Source of the DNA: an uncultured Frigoriglobus sp.
GTDB lineage: Bacteria; Planctomycetota; Planctomycetia; Gemmatales; Gemmataceae
Direction: 5' to 3'
NCBI GenBank assembly: GCA_964422915.1
Contig: CAYRDG010000001.1
Coordinates: 101,402-165,401 of the forward strand
DNA length: 64,000 bases
A program made the translations under genes and the position numbers. Under the pieces are notes generated by a model. That model saw nothing but the letters and a program-made list of their open reading frames with translations, was not told where the DNA came from and ran no database searches. Shown here in pieces: positions 58,387 to 64,000 of this stretch; positions within the stretch are counted from its first letter, which is position 1; each line of letters opens with the position of its first letter.

Positions 58387-59472
58387 ATGGCAGCAAATGT
58401 TTGTCGCTGGGGGATTCTGGGTGCCGCGAACATCGCCCGCAAGAACTGGAAGGCGATCCGGTTCGCGGAGAACGCGACGCTCACTGCTGTTGCCAGCCGC
58501 GACCCGGCCCGGGCGCAAGAGTGGATCGACGCGAACCAGACCGAGTGTTCCTTCCCCACGTCGCCGACCGCGTGCGGATACGACGATCTACTGAAGCGCT
58601 CCGACGTGGACGCAGTCTACATTCCACTGCCAACCGGCGTACGGCGCGAGTGGGTTGTGAAGGCGGCGCATGCTGGTAAGCACATCCTCTGTGAGAAACC
58701 GTGTGGCCAGGACGCGGGCGAACTTCGCCTGATGCTCGATGCCTGCCAGACAAACGGCGTGCAGTTCATGGACGGTGTCATGTTCATGCACGGCAAGCGA
58801 CTTACACTCCTGCGCAGCGTGCTCGACGACGTCGAAACGGTGGGCCAACTTCGCCGGGTCGCCACGCAATTCAGTTTCGCGGCCGGCGACGACTTTCTGA
58901 AGAGCAACATCCGCGTGAGCGCCGCGACGGAGCCACTCGGCGCGCTGGGCGATCTCGGCTGGTACAACATTCGCTTCTCGCTGTTCGCAATGAAGTATCA
59001 GATGCCTGCGAAGGTTTGTGGCCGGATGCTGACTGCGCACCCCGACGGCGTGCCGCTGGAGTTCTCGGGCGAGATGTTCTGGCCGACTGGCATCTCCGCG
59101 TCGTTCTATTGCTCGTTCAACACAGAATTGCAGCAGTGGGCGCACCTCAGCGGCACGAAAGGGAGCATTGCCGTACGGGATTTCGTGCTGCCGTACTATG
59201 GATGCGAGTCCGAGTTCATCGCGGATCGCCCGGTGTTCAACGTGAAGGGGACAAGTTACCACTGGGAGAGTCACCCGAAGCGCTTCGCAGTGACGGAGTA
59301 CAGCGATGGCGCTCCGGACGCACAGGAGACGAACATGATCCGTACCTTCAGCGGCCTGGTACTGGGTCAGAAGGTTGATCCCTTCTGGCCCGAGGTTGCG
59401 TGGAAGACGCAGACCGTGCTCGATGCCTGTCTCGCGTCATCTCGCACGGGTGGCGCGATGGTGGAACTGTAA
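58387..59472 (+). CDS. Gfo/Idh/MocA-family NAD(P)-dependent oxidoreductase
   Basis: N-terminal Rossmann motif RWGILGAANIARK and the EKP motif (HILCEKPCG). Confidence 0.85.
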   Translation: MAANVCRWGILGAANIARKNWKAIRFAENATLTAVASRDPARAQEWIDANQTECSFPTSPTACGYDDLLKRSDVDAVYIPLPTGVRREWVVKAAHAGKHILCEKPCGQDAGELRLMLDACQTNGVQFMDGVMFMHGKRLTLLRSVLDDVETVGQLRRVATQFSFAAGDDFLKSNIRVSAATEPLGALGDLGWYNIRFSLFAMKYQMPAKVCGRMLTAHPDGVPLEFSGEMFWPTGISASFYCSFNTELQQWAHLSGTKGSIAVRDFVLPYYGCESEFIADRPVFNVKGTSYHWESHPKRFAVTEYSDGAPDAQETNMIRTFSGLVLGQKVDPFWPEVAWKTQTVLDACLASSRTGGAMVEL

Positions 59473-59548
59473 GGCCGAGTGGTGCGTGGCCGGTTCGCGA
59501 CTTCGTGGATGATCTGCGAAGCCGCGAACCGGCCGCTCGCCAGAGCAA

Positions 59549-60733
59549 TTACTTCTGGGGAGTTGCTTGAGGCTTTCCGAAGATTGTTTCCGGCTTCCGG
59601 TACTCGGTCTCCACTTTCTCACCATCGAGATCAATCTGGAATGCGCCTGTCGGTCGTCTGAACTGAACGCCATCCACCACGATCACGTCGCTCACGCTCA
59701 GTCCCTGTGTGACGGTGTAGATACTGTCGGTTTCGTTGCTGATGGCGATTTCACGTCGGTGTGCCACGCCGGTCTTATCGACGACGTAGACGCACGGCTT
59801 GTCGCGCGGCGAGAACACCGCACGCTGTGGGATGATGAGGGCATTCTTGAGTGTGTGGTGCATCACCACATTGCCGCCCTGACCGTGGCGCAACAGACCA
59901 TCCGGGTTTGCGAAGTCCGCGCGGAGGGCGATGCGCCCGTGGTCATCGAAGGTGGTTCCGATTGCGGCGAGTTTTCCTATCTGGGGGAACAGGCGGCCGT
60001 TCCCCAGCACGAGTTCGGTCGGCGTTCCCAACTTCATCTCCTCCGGGTTGGTCATGTATGTGAGGTATCGAGCCTCAGACATATTGAAGTAGACCCATAC
60101 GTTTCTGGCGTTGGATAGCGTCGTGATCGCGTCGCCCGGCTTGACGACACTGCCAGCCTGTCGTTGCAGTCGGCCGATCAGCCCATCGAACGGCGCCTTG
60201 ATCTCCGTGGACTGCAGTTCCGTCTTCGCGATCCGCGCTTTGGCTTCGGCCCTGGCCAGTTTCGTTGTGGCCCGTTTCACTTCCTGAGGAGAAACGTCCA
60301 GTTTTTTGCGTAAGTCGGTGGCGTTGGCGAGTTCGGTTTTCGCGTGCTCGACATCCACGAGTGCCTCATCGTATTTCGCCTGGTAAAGCGCTGGCTGAAG
60401 TTGGAACAACAACTGACCCTGCTTCACGGTCTGGCCTTCCTTCACCAGGGCTTTCGCGATCGTTCCCGGAACGAGAGCCGCCACGTTGAAGTACTGCTGC
60501 GAGTGAACCCTGGCGGTGTATCGTTCCGTTACGACAACATCTTTCACAACGGGGTTGGTGACCCCAACAACAGGGCGTGCCGGGTTGAGTGGCGTTGCCG
60601 TCTCTTGACTGGCTTGCGCGTCCGATCTCGGATCGCTTCGAGCCTGAACCTGCCGGAACACAATCACTCCCCCGACGACCAGGCAGAGAGTTGCAAGCCC
60701 GACCGCCCACAAGCGGAATCGTCGCTGCTTCAT
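59549..60733 (-). CDS. RND/HlyD-family periplasmic adaptor (membrane fusion protein)
   Basis: N-terminal TM anchor, a lipoyl-like hairpin (GQTVKQGQLLFQL ... IKAPFDGLIGR), a coiled-coil segment and beta-barrel/MP domains. Confidence 0.85.
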   Translation of the reverse strand: MKQRRFRLWAVGLATLCLVVGGVIVFRQVQARSDPRSDAQASQETATPLNPARPVVGVTNPVVKDVVVTERYTARVHSQQYFNVAALVPGTIAKALVKEGQTVKQGQLLFQLQPALYQAKYDEALVDVEHAKTELANATDLRKKLDVSPQEVKRATTKLARAEAKARIAKTELQSTEIKAPFDGLIGRLQRQAGSVVKPGDAITTLSNARNVWVYFNMSEARYLTYMTNPEEMKLGTPTELVLGNGRLFPQIGKLAAIGTTFDDHGRIALRADFANPDGLLRHGQGGNVVMHHTLKNALIIPQRAVFSPRDKPCVYVVDKTGVAHRREIAISNETDSIYTVTQGLSVSDVIVVDGVQFRRPTGAFQIDLDGEKVETEYRKPETIFGKPQATPQK

Positions 60734-60771
60734 GGCACTGCACCCGCGAAGTGGAATGGTAACGTGTCATA

Positions 60772-61737
60772 TTACCGGGCGAGGTACTTCTTCGGAACCT
60801 CTGCACCAGCCACATACATGAGCTTGGCGATCTTGCACATTTGATAGACGTTGATCCGAAAGTCTGGGCATGTGCTGACCAGACAGTAGGCATCGGTTGG
60901 TGTGAAACCGTACTCCGTGATGAGCCAGTCCATGAGGTTGAACGTCGCGGTTTCGACGGCGACCTCCAGTGGTTTGTCCGCGAAGATCGAGACGATACTC
61001 TCAGCTTTCTCGATTCGCATCCACGGGATGCGTTTTTGTTTCAGCAACTCCAGCTTCACTCGAACGGTGGCCTTTGTCTCGGCTGCGGTGCCTGTAAACT
61101 CGGTGTCGCCCTGGCTGGCGTGAACATCTCCCAGGTAGAACAACGCGCCGGGGTGGTACACCGGCAGGTGGATGCGGTTGCCAGGCGCCGCATCGCGAAT
61201 GTCCAGATTACCACCCCACGGCCCCTGTCCGTCAATGCTGGTAGCGACTTCGCGGTCGGGGCAGACACCAAGCGTGCCGATGAACGGTGTGATTGGCCAC
61301 TGAATCGTGTCGCTGAAGTGCAGGATTCCGTCGCGTGTGGTTCCACTTGGTCCGGGTGTGTGTCGGAAGATTTTTGTGGTGTAGTCGCCTGAGAGTTCCG
61401 GCCAGCGAGTCGATTCGCCCAGCGGCCCGCGCCGCGGCCCGATGGCGACCCACGAGTAATCGTCAACCACAATGTCTTCAATGGTAACGACGACCACGTC
61501 GCCACGCTCCGCACCTTCGAGGCAGACCGGGCCGCCAATGGGGTTGGCCTGTGGAGGGGAGCGGTCGAATCCGGGCCGCTTGCCTGGAATGGCCTTGTCG
61601 GCTGGTGATTTGAAGAAGCCCGTGCTGGCATCGTAGGTTTCGATTTCGAAGCTCTCGCCTGGCCGCACGCGCAGAAGCGGTTCATCGCGCCAGTCGAAGG
61701 CGTACTTGCGCGATTGCTCCCGCGGAATGCGTTGCAT
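60772..61737 (-). CDS. Acetamidase/formamidase-family amidohydrolase
   Basis: GESFEIETYDASTG, NPIGGPV, GGNLDIRD and GDVHASQGDTEFTGTA are family-typical strings. The start is at the ATG at 61737. Confidence 0.85.
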   Translation of the reverse strand: MQRIPREQSRKYAFDWRDEPLLRVRPGESFEIETYDASTGFFKSPADKAIPGKRPGFDRSPPQANPIGGPVCLEGAERGDVVVVTIEDIVVDDYSWVAIGPRRGPLGESTRWPELSGDYTTKIFRHTPGPSGTTRDGILHFSDTIQWPITPFIGTLGVCPDREVATSIDGQGPWGGNLDIRDAAPGNRIHLPVYHPGALFYLGDVHASQGDTEFTGTAAETKATVRVKLELLKQKRIPWMRIEKAESIVSIFADKPLEVAVETATFNLMDWLITEYGFTPTDAYCLVSTCPDFRINVYQMCKIAKLMYVAGAEVPKKYLAR

Positions 61738-61838
61738 GATGGAATCTCTGTGAGTGAACTGATTACGGATGGAGTTGCGAGGCCGTCTCGCCGCTCGCAC
61801 CGACGGCCTTCTGATTCGGCTTCAAGCGGCCTCTGTTG

Positions 61839-63512
61839 TCATTCCCCCAGGGCTTTTCCATCCAGTCGTCTATCGGCGGCTCCGGTTCGCAGGCCAGTTG
61901 TGGGGTCAATCCAGATCGAGTGCGCATCGCCCTGACCTGCGGCGCTGATCGTGTGGCCCATCGCCTTTAATTTCTTCACCAGTTCCGGGTACTGTTTCAT
62001 ACCCTCGAACTTTGCTGTATCGGGGAGCCACTGGTGATGCAGACGCGGAGCACCGACGGCCTCGCCAATCGGCATGTCGAACTCCAGTACGTTCAGCACG
62101 ACGCACAGCACCGTGTTGATGATCGTGCGTCCGCCGGGACTACCGGTGACGAGTACCGGTTTGCCGTTCTTCAGCACGATGACGGGTGTCTGGGAGGAGA
62201 GCATCCGCTTACCCGGCGCGACCTGGTTGGGCTTGGTGCCAATCAATCCCCCGGAGGTGGTCACCCCTGGCTTCGGGTTGAAGTCGGTCATCTCGTTGTT
62301 GAGCAGATAGCCCGCGCCGCGAACGACAACGCGATTACCGTAGCTGTTCTCCAGCGTGTAGGTGTTGCTAACCGCCATCCCGCCGCTGTCAATCACGGAG
62401 AAGTGTGTCGTGTGGTTACTCTCACGGCCCAGAGTAATCTCCGGGGCAAGCTCCTTGCTCGGTGTCGGCTTCTTCGGGTTGATGCCGGTGGCCAGTTGCT
62501 TCGCGTAGGGCTTCGCTGTGAGCCTGTCGGGGATCTTCGTGAAGTCCGGGTCGCCGAGATACCGAGCGCGATCCGCATAGGCACGTTTCATCGCCTCGAT
62601 CATCAGGTGCATTGTCTCTGGCGACCAGCGGCCGAGTTTCTTGAGGTCGTAGTTTTCGAGGATGTTGAGCATTTCGGCCAGCGCGATGCCGCCAGAACTC
62701 GGTGGCGACGGTCCATACACGTCGTAACCGCGAAACGTGGTGTGAATCGGCTTCCGCTCGTTGGCCCTGTACGAGGCGAGGTCGTCCTTCGTGATGAGGC
62801 CGCTGCCGGCCTGCATTTCCTTTGCGAGCAGCCCCGCGAGTTCGCCCGTGTAGAAGACGTCCGGTCCCTTCGTGGCGATGAGTCGCAGTGTACGGCCGAG
62901 GTCCTTCAGCATGAGCGTGTCCCCGGCTTTCCATGTTCCCCCACCGGGCTTGCCATAGACACGCTTGAACTCGACATTCGTCGTCCTGGCGTCGGCGAGA
63001 ACGCGGTTGAGGCTACCTGCGAGCGCCCCATCCATCGTGAAACCCTTCTCAGCCAGTTGTGCGGCCGGGGCCACAACGTCCTCCCAGCGGAGCTTGCCGA
63101 ACTTCTTGTGGGCCAGCGCCAGCCCTCGAACAGTTCCGGGCACGCCTGCGGCCTTGTGGGAAAGCCATGTGACCTTGCCATCGGCGAAGAGATCGACCTT
63201 CGCGGCGGCTGGGGCAGTCTCACGATATTCGAAGCAGGTCGGCTCCTTGCCAGGTGCGGCGACCATCATGAAGCCGCCGCCACCGATGTTGCCTGCCTGC
63301 GGCCATGTTACCGCCATCGCGAACGCCGTGGCGACCGCGGCATCGACCGCGTTGCCGCCTTTCTTGAGAATCGCCAGCCCCACTTCTGCGGCGGGCGGCG
63401 ACACGCACACCACCATACCGCCCTTCGATGTGATGGTCTGCGACTTCGGCTGCGCGGCAGCAGGAGAAGTGAGAAACGCGAGTAGGAGAAACAGCAGGAG
63501 TGTGCGGAGCAT
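61839..63512 (-). CDS. ggt: Gamma-glutamyltransferase
   Basis: Signal peptide, GGNAVDAAVA, GIGGGGFM, the autoprocessing site NHTTHFSV and GSPGGRTIINTV. Confidence 0.93.
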   Translation of the reverse strand: MLRTLLLFLLLAFLTSPAAAQPKSQTITSKGGMVVCVSPPAAEVGLAILKKGGNAVDAAVATAFAMAVTWPQAGNIGGGGFMMVAAPGKEPTCFEYRETAPAAAKVDLFADGKVTWLSHKAAGVPGTVRGLALAHKKFGKLRWEDVVAPAAQLAEKGFTMDGALAGSLNRVLADARTTNVEFKRVYGKPGGGTWKAGDTLMLKDLGRTLRLIATKGPDVFYTGELAGLLAKEMQAGSGLITKDDLASYRANERKPIHTTFRGYDVYGPSPPSSGGIALAEMLNILENYDLKKLGRWSPETMHLMIEAMKRAYADRARYLGDPDFTKIPDRLTAKPYAKQLATGINPKKPTPSKELAPEITLGRESNHTTHFSVIDSGGMAVSNTYTLENSYGNRVVVRGAGYLLNNEMTDFNPKPGVTTSGGLIGTKPNQVAPGKRMLSSQTPVIVLKNGKPVLVTGSPGGRTIINTVLCVVLNVLEFDMPIGEAVGAPRLHHQWLPDTAKFEGMKQYPELVKKLKAMGHTISAAGQGDAHSIWIDPTTGLRTGAADRRLDGKALGE

Positions 63513-63580
63513 GGGTGAGGGTTCCCGTGTGTTCTCGTTGAGTATCGCTGTCGTTCACCGTGAACGTGCCCGCCTGGCCA

Positions 63581-64000
63581 TTATTCCGCGCGCAGGGCAG
63601 CCGAGCTTTCGACGCCGAGGTTCTGGTAAATCTGGCGTGTCGCATCCGACCTGTTGAGCGTGTAAAAGTGTATGCCGCGAACGTTGTTATGCAGGAGGTC
63701 CGCGCACTGTTCCGTGGCCCAACTGATTCCCACTCGCGTGACGGCATCGTCGTCGGCGCAACGATTGATGGCGCGCTGGAGCTTCGCCGGGAATCGCGCC
63801 CCGGCGGCGAGTTCCGCCATTCGCACCATGCCAGCCTTCGACGTGATCGGCATGATCCCTGCAACAACGGGCACCTTGATGCCGGCCAACTCGCAGCGAT
63901 CACGGAAATCGTAGAAGTCGCGGTTGTCGAAGAACAGTTGCGTACAGATGTAGTCTGCACCGGCATCCACCTTGCGCTTGAGGTGGTCCATCTCCTGCAA
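63581..64000 (-). CDS. metF: Methylenetetrahydrofolate reductase, C-terminal part; 5' end outside window
   Basis: KVDAGADYICTQLFFD, GIMPITS and GIHFYTLN motifs. The ORF runs off the window end. Confidence 0.9.
   Translation of the reverse strand: MQEMDHLKRKVDAGADYICTQLFFDNRDFYDFRDRCELAGIKVPVVAGIMPITSKAGMVRMAELAAGARFPAKLQRAINRCADDDAVTRVGISWATEQCADLLHNNVRGIHFYTLNRSDATRQIYQNLGVESSAALRAE

Overview
High-GC (roughly 60-65% by eye), densely coding chromosomal window with about 45 protein-coding genes. I recognised no rRNA, tRNA, CRISPR array, transposase or integrase. Several protein families point to a Planctomycetota genome, probably Gemmataceae-like (an inference, not a search result): a TIGR02996-type LRR protein, a TIGR03067-like domain fused to a thioredoxin, DUF1080, an ArnT/PMT-like GT39, and a giant PATR/Ig/FG-GAP protein with an N-terminal LExLEDRxxP motif. 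Housekeeping genes are clear: clpB, pckA, gltA, serS, ggt, metF (partial), cls, larB, an HtrA protease and an aspartate-type aminotransferase. The best hidden feature is a SelW/Rdx-family selenoprotein gene (5186-5431, minus strand). The ORF track truncates it because it reads through an in-frame UGA (CSLU = CxxU). It lies directly downstream of an ECF sigma / zinc-finger (HxxxCxxC) anti-sigma pair, and a 10-bp hairpin covers its Shine-Dalgarno sequence. Other items worth follow-up: two tandem mini-lipoprotein ORFs; a 1457-aa DUF4175-like membrane protein; a six-gene minus-strand putative catabolic cluster; an orphan RavA-like AAA+ / thioredoxin / LRR cluster; a UbiA-like membrane protein translationally coupled to a SAM methyltransferase; a ~0.9 kb non-coding leader in front of a 2514-aa surface protein; an orphan larB; and an orphan RND adaptor. 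All family assignments come from motif recognition by eye, and start codons were chosen by homology logic and SD-like sequences. None of this has been verified by a database search.
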